Source of the DNA: Thermoanaerobaculia bacterium
GTDB taxonomy: Bacteria; Acidobacteriota; Thermoanaerobaculia; Multivoradales; Multivoraceae
Assembly: GCA_035546295.1 (NCBI GenBank)
Contig: DATKBT010000030.1
Span: forward strand, 17,134-81,133
Reading direction: 5' to 3'
DNA: 64,000 nucleotides
Below are positions 28,270 through 36,810 of this stretch, piece by piece; within the stretch, counting starts at the first letter, position 1, and every line of letters begins with the position of its first letter. Made by a program: the position numbers and the translations under genes. A model generated the notes under the pieces. The model saw only the letters and a program-made list of their open reading frames with translations, ran no database searches and had not been told where the DNA came from.

Positions 28270-29094
28270 GTGCCGGAGCTTCCCGAGGTCGAGGTCCTGC
28301 GGCGCTCGCTCGAGGCCCGCGTGCTGGGCGACCGGGTGGAGTCGGTGGCCGTCCGGTTCCCGACCCTGCGCGAGCCGATCTCAGCGCCGGTGCTACGCCG
28401 GCGACTCGCCGGCCGGCGGATCGAGCGGCTGCGACGGCGGGCCAAGTACCTGCTGATGGACGTCGAGGGGGGATCCACGCTGGTCGTCCACCTCGGCATG
28501 AGCGGGCGCCTGCTGGTGGTTCCCGCCGGCGAGCCGAGCGCTCCCCACGAGCACGTCGTGATCTCGCTCGCGTCGGGACGGACCCTGCGCTTTCGCGACC
28601 CGCGGCGCTTCGGCCTGCTGCTGGCGCTGCCGACCGGACGGATCGAGCGGGATCGCCACTTCCGCCACCTCGGGGTCGAGCCGCTCGAGAGCGGCTTCGA
28701 CGGAGCACGGCTCGCGGCGAAGGCCCGAGGCCGTTTCGGGCCCGTCAAGAGCTTCTTGATGGACGCCGCGATCGTCGTGGGAGTGGGCAACATCTACGCC
28801 TGCGAGGCCCTCCACCTGGCGGGGATCCACCCTGCCCGCTCGGTCGCACGGATCTCGCAAAGGCGATTCGACGGCCTCGCCTCGGCGGTGCGCGACGTCC
28901 TCGGCCGCGCCATCGCGGAGGGCGGCACCACGCTCAACGACTTCGCCGACGCCGACGGCGAGCCGGGGTACTTCGCGGTCTCGCTCCACGTCTACGGGCG
29001 CGAGGGGGAGCCCTGCCTGCGCTGCGGCGCCATCGTGCGGCGCATCGTGCAGTCGAACCGCTCCACCTTCTACTGTCCGCGCTGTCAGCGCTAG
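28270..29094 (+). CDS. mutM: Formamidopyrimidine-DNA glycosylase
   Basis: PELPEVE, RRAKYL, HLGMSG, DPRRFG, GVGNIYACE, CLRC..CPRCQ zinc finger. Confidence 0.97.
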   Translation: MPELPEVEVLRRSLEARVLGDRVESVAVRFPTLREPISAPVLRRRLAGRRIERLRRRAKYLLMDVEGGSTLVVHLGMSGRLLVVPAGEPSAPHEHVVISLASGRTLRFRDPRRFGLLLALPTGRIERDRHFRHLGVEPLESGFDGARLAAKARGRFGPVKSFLMDAAIVVGVGNIYACEALHLAGIHPARSVARISQRRFDGLASAVRDVLGRAIAEGGTTLNDFADADGEPGYFAVSLHVYGREGEPCLRCGAIVRRIVQSNRSTFYCPRCQR

Positions 29095-29423
29095 CCTCCG
29101 ATCTGCTTGGGCGCGCTGCGCGCGCTATAGCAGATCTCCGGCTAGCGATTCCTCGCGGCTCCAAGCGCCTCCGGCGCGTCGCCGCGGACAGCCGTAGAAC
29201 CGGATCTCGGAGATTGACGAAGTCTCGAATCTCCCTTCACGGGTTGCTCCGCAGCATCTCTCGAGTCGATCCGCGACCGGCTCCAACCCGAGCTGAGGCG
29301 CAGCCGAAGCGAGCGAAGGTGAGGTGCGGCGAGCCTGCGAGTCGTACCCAGCCCAGCGCCTTCGACGCGTCGCCGGGGAACAGCCGTAGAAGCGGATCTT
29401 GAAGACTCCGGCCAGGCTCCTAG
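29091..29423. repeat. CTAG-bounded mosaic palindromic repeat locus (modules A + D + spacer + D')
   Basis: 29091-29145 is nearly identical to 48119-48173; 29142-29201 is nearly identical to 48435-48494; internal direct repeat at 29164-29207 / 29355-29399; CTAG at 29091, 29142 and 29420. Confidence 0.85.
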
Positions 29424-30070
29424 CGCCCACCGCTGAGGAGCTGTTCGATGCGGGCGGTGACCATCTCCATGGCGACGCGGTTCTCGCCGCCCTCGGGGAC
29501 GATGACGTCGGCCCAGCGCTTCGACGGCTCGATGAACTCGAGGTGCATCGGGCGCACCGTCTCGAGATACTGGCGGATCACGTCCGGCACCGTGCGTCCG
29601 CGCTCCTCGACGTCGCGCATCAGCCGTCGGATCAGCCTCACGTCAGCGTCGGTGTCGACGAAGATCTTGAAGTCGAGCAGATCACGAACCCGGGGCTCGG
29701 CGAACAGCAGGATGCCCTCGACCAGCACCACCGGGCGCGCCCCCGTGCGCTTCGTCTCGGGTCGTCGCCGGTGCCCGACGAAGTCGTAGACGGGAACCTC
29801 GACGTCGCGGCCGGCGCGCAGCGCGGCGAGCTGCTCCACCAAGAGGTCGGTGTCGAGCGCGTCCGGGTGGTCGAAGTTGTGGCGGCGCAGCTCCTCCGGG
29901 TCGCGCCACTCGATGTCCCGGTAGTAGGCATCCTGGACCAAAAAGGCGATCCGCGACGCCCCGACCGTGCGCAGGATCGTCTGCGCCACCGTCGTCTTGC
30001 CCGAGCCGCTGCCGCCGGCGACCCCGATGGTGGTCGCAGCCGTTCGTCGAGCCTTCTTTTCGGCGACCAT
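29420..30070 (-). CDS. udk: Uridine kinase
   Basis: IGVAGGSGSGKTT, QDAYY, NFDHPDA, VEGILLF, FVDTDADVRL, FIEPSKRWAD. Confidence 0.96.
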   Translation of the reverse strand: MVAEKKARRTAATTIGVAGGSGSGKTTVAQTILRTVGASRIAFLVQDAYYRDIEWRDPEELRRHNFDHPDALDTDLLVEQLAALRAGRDVEVPVYDFVGHRRRPETKRTGARPVVLVEGILLFAEPRVRDLLDFKIFVDTDADVRLIRRLMRDVEERGRTVPDVIRQYLETVRPMHLEFIEPSKRWADVIVPEGGENRVAMEMVTARIEQLLSGGR

Positions 30071-30073
30071 CGA

Positions 30074-31843
30074 TCAGCCCGCCGTGAGCGGCCAGAAAAT
30101 CGGTATCAACACCATCGACACCAGCCAGAACATGATCTTGATCGGCGCGCCGTAGATCACGTAGTCCGTGAAGCGGTAACCGCCGGGACCATAGACCATG
30201 GCGTTGGTCTGGTACCCATCGGGGTCAGGAAGCTCGCCGACGCGGCGTAGGCGACGGTCATCAGGAGCGGCTTGCTGTCGAGTCCCAGGGACTCGGCGGC
30301 GGTGAGCGCGATCGGCACCATCAGGACCGCCGTCGAGTTGTTGGAGACGATCTCGGAGATCAGGGCGGTCGCGAGATAGACCAGGGAGAGGACCGCGAAC
30401 GGCCCGAGCGAGCGCCCCGCCGACGCCAGGGACCCGCCGATCAGGGCGGCCAGGCCGGTGTTCTCCATCGCGATCCCGAGCGGCAGGATGGCGGCCAGCA
30501 GGAAGATCACCGTCCAGTTGATCGACTCGTAGGCCTGCTGCACGCGGATCGAGCGGCTCAGCAGCAGGGCGACGACGCCGAGGATCGACGCCTTGAGGAT
30601 CGACATCAGGCCGAGCGAGGCCGCGATCACGACCACCGGGATGATCGCTACCGCGACCCACCAGCGCCGCGGCAGCGAGAGGCGGATGTCGAGCTCCTGG
30701 AGCGTCGTCGAGACGGTACAACGACTCGACCCGCGAGCGAGGGCCGAACACCAGGAGCGTGTCCCACTGGCGCAGCTCGATCGAGGTCAGCTTCTCGCGG
30801 ATCATCTCGCCGGTCCGGTTGAGCGCCAGCACGAAGCAGCCGAAGCGGCGGCGGAAGTCGATCTCCTTGATGGTGCGCCCGTTGAGCCGCGACAGCGGCG
30901 AGAGCTGGACCTCGACCAGGATGTTGTTGCCGGCCGCGAGGTCCTTGTCCTCGAGCTTGACGTCGGTCAAGAGGAGCAGCCCGTACTGCTCCCGAAACGA
31001 CAGGATGCCCTCCATCGCGCCGCGCACGATCAGCACGTCGCCGCCCTCGAGCGAGAGGCTGCGCAGGTCGAACGCGATGCGCTCGGCGCCGCGCAGCACC
31101 TCCAGCACGTTGAGCTGGAAGCGCTCGTTGAGGTGGGCGTCGACCACCGTCTGGCCGGCCAGGCGGGAGCCGGACGGGATGCGCAGCTCGGTCAGGTAGT
31201 TCCCGAGGCGGTACTTGCCGGTGAGGTCCGAGGGCTGGACCCGTGCCGGCAGGAGGCGCACCAGCAGCAGCGTGTAGGCGCCGCCGATCACGAACAGCAC
31301 CGAGCCGAGCGGCAGGAACTCGAAGACCCGGAAGGGGTCCTCGCCGTGGTCCTCGGCGAGTGCGCTGACCAGCAGGTTGGTCGAGGTGCCGATCAGGGTG
31401 CAGGAGCCGCCGACGATGCTGAGGTAGGACAGCGGGAGCAGGATCTTCGAAGCGCTGATGCCGTAGTGCCGCGAGAGCTGGAGCCCGAGCGGCAGGAAGA
31501 GCGCGACCGCGGCGGTGTTGTTGATGAACGCCGAGAGCACGCCGCCGACCACCAGCAGGGAGGCGATGGCGAGCCAGCTCGAGGTTCCGGCGAGCTGGGA
31601 CACCTTCTGGCCGAAGCGCCGGACCAGCCCCGTATGGATCAGCGCCTGGCTCAGGATGAACATCATCATCACCGTGATCACGGCCGGGTTGGAGAAGCCC
31701 GAGATCGCCTGTTCGGCGGTGATCAGGTCGAACACCAGGAGCAGCGCCAGCGAGGTCAGCGCGACCACGTCGATCGGCATCCAGTCCAGGCTGAACGCCA
31801 GGAAGGTCACGACCAGGATGGCGATGAGGATCGGGATTTCCAT
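30074..31843 (-). CDS. SLC13/CitT-like permease with TrkA_C domains; two compensating frameshifts (near 30705 and 30216)
   Basis: GFSNPAVIT, FINNTAAV, LIGTSTNL and TrkA_C repeats in one frame; SINWTVIFLLA..VSNNSTAVLM..FLTPMG in the frame of ORF 30157..30636; YQTNAMVYGPGGYRFTDY back in the first frame. Confidence 0.8.
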   Translation of the reverse strand: MEIPILIAILVVTFLAFSLDWMPIDVVALTSLALLLVFDLITAEQAISGFSNPAVITVMMMFILSQALIHTGLVRRFGQKVSQLAGTSSWLAIASLLVVGGVLSAFINNTAAVALFLPLGLQLSRHYGISASKILLPLSYLSIVGGSCTLIGTSTNLLVSALAEDHGEDPFRVFEFLPLGSVLFVIGGAYTLLLVRLLPARVQPSDLTGKYRLGNYLTELRIPSGSRLAGQTVVDAHLNERFQLNVLEVLRGAERIAFDLRSLSLEGGDVLIVRGAMEGILSFREQYGLLLLTDVKLEDKDLAAGNNILVEVQLSPLSRLNGRTIKEIDFRRRFGCFVLALNRTGEMIREKLTSIELRQWDTLLVFGPRSRVESLYRLDDAPGARHPPLAAAALVGRGSDHPGGRDRGLARPDVDPQGVDPRRRRPAAEPLDPRAAGLRVDQLDGDLPAGRHPAARDRDGEHRPGRPDRRVPGVGGALARAVRGPLPGLSRDRPDLRDRLQQLDGGPDGADRAHRRRVPGTRQQAAPDDRRLRRVGELPDPDGYQTNAMVYGPGGYRFTDYVIYGAPIKIMFWLVSMVLIPIFWPLTAG

Positions 31844-32161
31844 GGCGAAGCGGCGAGCGCCGCGCCCTCGCCGCGAGGCCGATGAGGCGCCGGAGAGCCG
31901 GTCGCATAGTATCGATCGGTTCCCACCTCCCTGCCGGCTCCGCGACCAAGGGGCTGCCGGGCGACGCTGCCCGGTCGCTCGCGGCCGCGCGGCCCGCAGG
32001 AGCGAACCGGCCGGCGCGGAATAAGGCGCGGCCGCTCCCTCGTTGCGATGCCTGCAGATGACCGAAACCCTCCTGACCACCTTTTGCGTCTGGTGAAGGC
32101 GCATCGAGTGACGGCGGAGGCGAAGAGCGCTCGCGGCGGGACCCGACGAGCTGCGATCTCG

Positions 32162-33154
32162 ATGGCGGACGGAACCGAATCCATGAGCTCCCCCGAATCG
32201 ATCGTGTCGGTGGCTGGAGCTGCCGCGGGTGCCGTGACGGCGACGCTCCCATCCCCGGCTGCCGATCCCGCGCCCGCCGTCGGCCCGGCGGTCGAGACGG
32301 TGCCGGTCCCGCCCAGGAGGTGGCGAGGGTCGCTCGCGCCGCTGATGCTGGCGGGAGGCATCGGTGCCCTCGGCGTTCTGCGCCAGCGCTTCCAGCACGG
32401 CCAGATGTTCCTTCCCGAGCGCTACCCCAACGGTCTGTGGCAGCCCCAGAGCTACGGCGTCGCCGCCGAGGACGTCTGGTTCTCGTCGGCCGATGGGACG
32501 CGGCTGCACGGGTGGTGGATGCCCGCGCGGCGGGCGCGGGGGACGGTGCTCTATTGTCACGGCAACGCCGGCAACATCACCAACCGAATCGGCGCCTATC
32601 GCCTGCTCCACCGGGCGCGCCTCAACGTCTTCGCGTTCGACTACCGGGGCTACGGGCGCAGCGAAGGCCGACCCAGCGAGCCGGGGGTGCTGGCGGACGC
32701 GCGCGCCGCCCACGACTCTCTGGTCAACGAGATCGAGGAGAGCCCGGAACGGATCCTCTTCTTCGGGCACTCGCTGGGGGGCGCCATCGCCATCGACTGC
32801 GCGCTGCACCGACGCGGCGTCGGGCTGGTGGTGCAGTCGTCGTTCACCAACGTCCGAGAGATGGCGCGCGTCCGCTTCCCCAGCCTGCCGATGCACCTGG
32901 TGGCGCGCAACCAGTTTCGCAGTCTCGACAAGGTCTCCCAGGTCACCATCCCCAAGCTCTTCATCCACGGCACAGCGGACGAGACGATCCCGGTGCGGCT
33001 GGGGCGGCGGCTGTTCGAGCACGCGTCGGATCCGAAGGAGTGGTACGAGGTGCCTCACGCCGGTCACAACGACGTCCCGCTCCACGGCGGCCTGCGCTAC
33101 CTCTGGAAGCTGATCGGCTTCGCCAAGCGCGCGATCCGCGGCGCTCGCGCGTAG
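32162..33154 (+). CDS. Alpha/beta hydrolase (ABHD/BEM46-like)
   Basis: LYCHGNAGN, FDYRGYGRSEG, GHSLGG, IHGTADE, AGHND. Confidence 0.9.
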   Translation: MADGTESMSSPESIVSVAGAAAGAVTATLPSPAADPAPAVGPAVETVPVPPRRWRGSLAPLMLAGGIGALGVLRQRFQHGQMFLPERYPNGLWQPQSYGVAAEDVWFSSADGTRLHGWWMPARRARGTVLYCHGNAGNITNRIGAYRLLHRARLNVFAFDYRGYGRSEGRPSEPGVLADARAAHDSLVNEIEESPERILFFGHSLGGAIAIDCALHRRGVGLVVQSSFTNVREMARVRFPSLPMHLVARNQFRSLDKVSQVTIPKLFIHGTADETIPVRLGRRLFEHASDPKEWYEVPHAGHNDVPLHGGLRYLWKLIGFAKRAIRGARA

Positions 33155-33310
33155 GCGCGACGAATCCGCCGGTGCGGCACCTGCCGCCCCGATCTCCGGA
33201 CCACCCCGCTCGCAGGGGGGCCGGCAGCGCGCTGTGGATCTGCCGCGCTGACGGCAGCCGGTCTGACGAGCTCGCGACGGCGCCGGTCTTGCGACCACTC
33301 GCGGGAGGAC

Positions 33311-34138
33311 CTACCTCTCGAGCCGGCGGTGCTCCTCGACCGGGATCTTTCCGCGCACGGAGTCGACCCGATCCAGGTCGATCTCGGCGAGCGCGATCCC
33401 GGGGCCCTCCGGGACGGTGGTGAGGACGTGCCCCCACGGGTCGACGATCGCCGCGTGCCCGTGGCTGTGGCGCAGGCCGCGGTCGTCGTGCCGCCCGGCT
33501 TGCGCCGCGGCGATCACGTAGCACTGGGTCTCGATGGCGCGGGCGCGCAGCAGCGGCTCCCAGTGGTCCTTGCCGGTGGTGGCCGTGAACGCCGACGGGA
33601 CGGTGAGCACCTGCGCCCCCTCCCGCCTGAGCCTGCGGTAGAGCTCGCCGAAGCGCAGGTCGTAGCAGATGGTGAGCCCGAGCCGGGCCAGCGGGGTGTC
33701 GACGCAGACGACGTCCTCGCCGGGGACGACGGTCGCCGACTCGCGGAAGCGGACCTCGTCGGAGACGTCGACGTCGAACAGGTGGATCTTGCGGTAGACG
33801 GCGAGGCGCTCGCCGTTGGGGCCGAAGAGCACGCTGGTGTTGAAGCAGCGCGTCTCCTCGGAGCTCTTCTCGTTGAACGAGCCGAGCAGCAGGTGGATCT
33901 CGAGCTCGGCGGCGAGCTCCGAGAAGCGGCGGCAGGTGGAGCCGTCGAGCGGCTGGGCGCGGCGCACCTTCTCCTCGTGCGGACCGAGGTAGTTGGTGTT
34001 CTCGGGGGTCGAGACGAAGCGGGCGCCGCGCTCGGCGGCGAGCCGGACGAGCTCGCTCGCCTGGCGCCAGTTGCCCTCCTCGTCCGAGCTCCCGTTGAGC
34101 TGGATCACCGCGGCCAGGAAGCGACGCGAGTCGCTCAT
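33311..34138 (-). CDS. Carbon-nitrogen hydrolase, Nit1-like (deaminated glutathione amidase family)
   Basis: Glu-Lys-Cys triad: [21 protein letters not shown]; [16 protein letters not shown]. Confidence 0.92.
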   Translation of the reverse strand: MSDSRRFLAAVIQLNGSSDEEGNWRQASELVRLAAERGARFVSTPENTNYLGPHEEKVRRAQPLDGSTCRRFSELAAELEIHLLLGSFNEKSSEETRCFNTSVLFGPNGERLAVYRKIHLFDVDVSDEVRFRESATVVPGEDVVCVDTPLARLGLTICYDLRFGELYRRLRREGAQVLTVPSAFTATTGKDHWEPLLRARAIETQCYVIAAAQAGRHDDRGLRHSHGHAAIVDPWGHVLTTVPEGPGIALAEIDLDRVDSVRGKIPVEEHRRLER

Positions 34139-35325
34139 CGAGACCCTCCCGTCGCTGGCGCGGTTCGCGCTTCGCGAGCGCGGCCTTCGAGCAGGGCCCG
34201 CAGGGCGCGCACGCCCCGCTCGGTCCGGGCCGGGTCGACCGCCGTGAAGCACAGCCGCACCCACGAGTCGTAGGGACCGAAGCTCGGCCCGGGCGCCAGG
34301 AACAGATCGTGGTCGGCGCAGTCCTCGAGGAATCCGATCAGCCCCCGCTCGTCGAGCGCGTCGGCGACGTCGAGGAAGAGGAAGGTCCCCCCCTCGGGCG
34401 CTTCGACGCCCAGGATCTCGGCGGCCTTCTCGCCCGCGGCGTGGTAGCGGGCGCGCGCGTCCGCGATCCAGCCGTCCCCGTCCCGCAGCGCTCGCAGCGC
34501 GGCGTGCTGGCTCGCGGTCGCAGTCGAGTAGAAGGTGTGCGTTCCCAGCCGCTGAGCGCCGGCGACGACCTCGGCGGGCCCGACCAGCCAGCCGCAGCGG
34601 TTGCCGGCCATGCCGTAGGCCTTGGAGAACGAGTGGGCGGCCACGGTGCGTTCGGGCGCCAGAGCGAAGACCGCGGTGTGCTCGCCTCGAAAGACGTGGT
34701 CTTCGTAGACCTCGTCGGAGATCACCCAGAGGTCGTGGTCGCTCGCCCACTCGACCATGGCCTCGATCGAGGCTCGCGGCAACACCCGCCCCGACGGGTT
34801 GTTGGGACTCGACAGGTAGAGCGCGGCGGTGCGCTCGCTCGCCGCGGCGTCGAGCCGAGAGCACAGCTCCTCGGGCGCGGCGACATCGAGGATCGGAACC
34901 GGCACCGGGACGCCCCGACACGCCCTCACGATGCCCGCGATCAGCGGCCAGAACGGGGCCGCGATGAGGACCTCGTCACCGGGATCGAGCAGCGCGTGGA
35001 GCACGGCATTGAGGCCGGCGGTGGCGCCCGCGGTGACGAAGAGGTTGGCGCGCTCGACGGCGACGCCTGTACGCTGCCGGGTCCGCTCGACGAGCAGATC
35101 GCGGAGCTCGTCGAGACCGGCCGGCTCGGTGTAGCGATGGAGACCTGGGATCCGAGAGCTGTGGAGGCTCTCCATGCGGGCGGCGTGGAGCGGCTCCAGC
35201 CAGGTGTCGCCGACGTGGAACGGGTAGACCTCGCCGGTCGCGCGGGCGATGCGGTGGGCGAGGGCCGAGAACACGGACCCGCGGATCGAGCGGGCGGTCT
35301 CGGAAAATGCGGGCGCGCGGGGCAC
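34135..35325 (-). CDS. PLP-dependent aminotransferase, class I/II
   Basis: VTAGATAGL, SPNNPSG, SDEVYED, SFSKAYGMAGNRCG. Confidence 0.92.
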   Translation of the reverse strand: MPRAPAFSETARSIRGSVFSALAHRIARATGEVYPFHVGDTWLEPLHAARMESLHSSRIPGLHRYTEPAGLDELRDLLVERTRQRTGVAVERANLFVTAGATAGLNAVLHALLDPGDEVLIAAPFWPLIAGIVRACRGVPVPVPILDVAAPEELCSRLDAAASERTAALYLSSPNNPSGRVLPRASIEAMVEWASDHDLWVISDEVYEDHVFRGEHTAVFALAPERTVAAHSFSKAYGMAGNRCGWLVGPAEVVAGAQRLGTHTFYSTATASQHAALRALRDGDGWIADARARYHAAGEKAAEILGVEAPEGGTFLFLDVADALDERGLIGFLEDCADHDLFLAPGPSFGPYDSWVRLCFTAVDPARTERGVRALRALLEGRAREARTAPATGGSR

Positions 35326-35391
35326 GAGGAGAGAATACCCGCTCAGCCGCCGAGGCGTGGGCGTGATCGGTGTCACAATGTCGCGCCGCCG

Positions 35392-36612
35392 ATGAAGATC
35401 CTCCTCGCCGTCGGACGCGACCCGTGGCCGCCGCGTCGCGGCGACCAGCTGCGTGCGAACCAGCTCCTCGAAGCCCTCGGCGAGGCCCACGAGGTGACGG
35501 TGCTGGCGCCGTTCCAGCAGACGGCGGTCGGCGCCGCCGACGGCACTGACGGCGGGGAGCAGGCGCCGGCGTCGGTGCGGGTCGAGCGCTATCGGCGCAC
35601 GCTCGCCGAGCGCGGGATCGGGCTGCTCGGGGCGGTCCTCGGTGGCCGTCCGCTCCAGTCGGGGCTCTACGTCGCCCGTGAGCTCGACCGGCGGCTGGGC
35701 TCGCTGGCCCGGGAGGCCGACCTCGTCGTCGTCCAGCTCGCTCGCCTCGAGCGGGCGGTGCGGCGGCTGCGCGCCTCTGCGCCTCGCCGTCCAGTGATCG
35801 TCGATCTGGTCGACGCGCTCTCGCTCGGCGTCTCGTCGCGCGCTCGCGTCGACCTCCCGGTTCGCCGGCCGCTGCTGCGGCTCGAGGCCAGCCGGCTCCG
35901 TCGCCTCGAGCTCGAGCTGGTTCGCGGGTGCGCGGCGGCGATGGTGGTGGCTGCGCGCGACCGGGAGGCGATTGCGGGCGCGGACGAGCCGGCACGGCGC
36001 CGGCTGTCGGTGGTGCCGCTCGCGCTCGACGCCGCGGGCGCTGCGGCGACTCGGGAGCGTGCTGCGGGCCGCATCGTGCTGAGCGGGAATCTCGGCTACT
36101 TCGTCAATCGGGACGCGGTGCTGTGGACTCTTCGAGAGCTGTGGCCTGCGCTCCGAGAGGCACGGCCCGGGGTCGAGCTGCTGGTTGCGGGGGCGCGCCC
36201 CGACGCCGGCCTGCGCCGAGCGGTCGCGCACTCGGGCGCGCGGCTGCTGGCCGATCCCTCGAGCCTCGCCGAGGTGTTGTCGCGGGCTGCCGTGTCGCTG
36301 GCGCCGTTGCGCTGCGGCTCGGGGACTCCGGTGAAGATCCTCGAAGCCTGGGCGGCCGGCGTGCCCGTGGTCGCCTCCCCCTATGCGGCGGCCGGGACGC
36401 TGGCGGTCGCCGGCCGGGAGCTGCTGGTCGCCGAGGGCCGGGAGCAGTGGGTGGCCGCGATCCTGCGCCTGCTCGACGACCGCGACTCGGCGGCGCGGCT
36501 GGTCGCGTCCGGCCGCGCTCTGCTCGAGCGCGAGCACTCGCGGCCGCGGGTCCGCGAGGCGCTGGCTGCGGTCGTCGAGGCTGCGACCGGCCGAGGCGGC
36601 GACGCCTCGTGA
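35392..36612 (+). CDS. Glycosyltransferase, GT4-like
   Basis: RGDQLR, SGNLGYFVNRD, PLRCGSGTPVKILEAWAAGVPVV. Confidence 0.88.
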   Translation: MKILLAVGRDPWPPRRGDQLRANQLLEALGEAHEVTVLAPFQQTAVGAADGTDGGEQAPASVRVERYRRTLAERGIGLLGAVLGGRPLQSGLYVARELDRRLGSLAREADLVVVQLARLERAVRRLRASAPRRPVIVDLVDALSLGVSSRARVDLPVRRPLLRLEASRLRRLELELVRGCAAAMVVAARDREAIAGADEPARRRLSVVPLALDAAGAAATRERAAGRIVLSGNLGYFVNRDAVLWTLRELWPALREARPGVELLVAGARPDAGLRRAVAHSGARLLADPSSLAEVLSRAAVSLAPLRCGSGTPVKILEAWAAGVPVVASPYAAAGTLAVAGRELLVAEGREQWVAAILRLLDDRDSAARLVASGRALLEREHSRPRVREALAAVVEAATGRGGDAS

Positions 36613-36810
36613 TCCCGTCGGGCGCGGAGCTTGCAGCTCCGCGGAATGCTCCCGACGGGGCGGGCGCCCTTGGTCGGTTGCGGCTGTGTTCTCGCGGCTC
36701 TGGTAGGGTGCGTCGGCAGATCGCGGGGCGGCTCGCGCCTCGTCTCTCTGCCGGGACTTGGGCCGGGACTTGGCGGAGATGGGGATGGGGAGGGGAACAG
36801 AGCAGACAGC

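Noticed and set aside
30074-33298. 1074-aa minus-strand ORF
   Set aside because: The permease starts at 31843; the upstream portion is antisense shadow of the hydrolase at 32162-33154.
33155-33310. Possible decayed module A between the convergent hydrolase and nitrilase genes (GATCTCCGG, GCGCGCTGT, GATCTGC)
   Set aside because: Only short words match, in a different order and without CTAG; this could be chance at this GC content.
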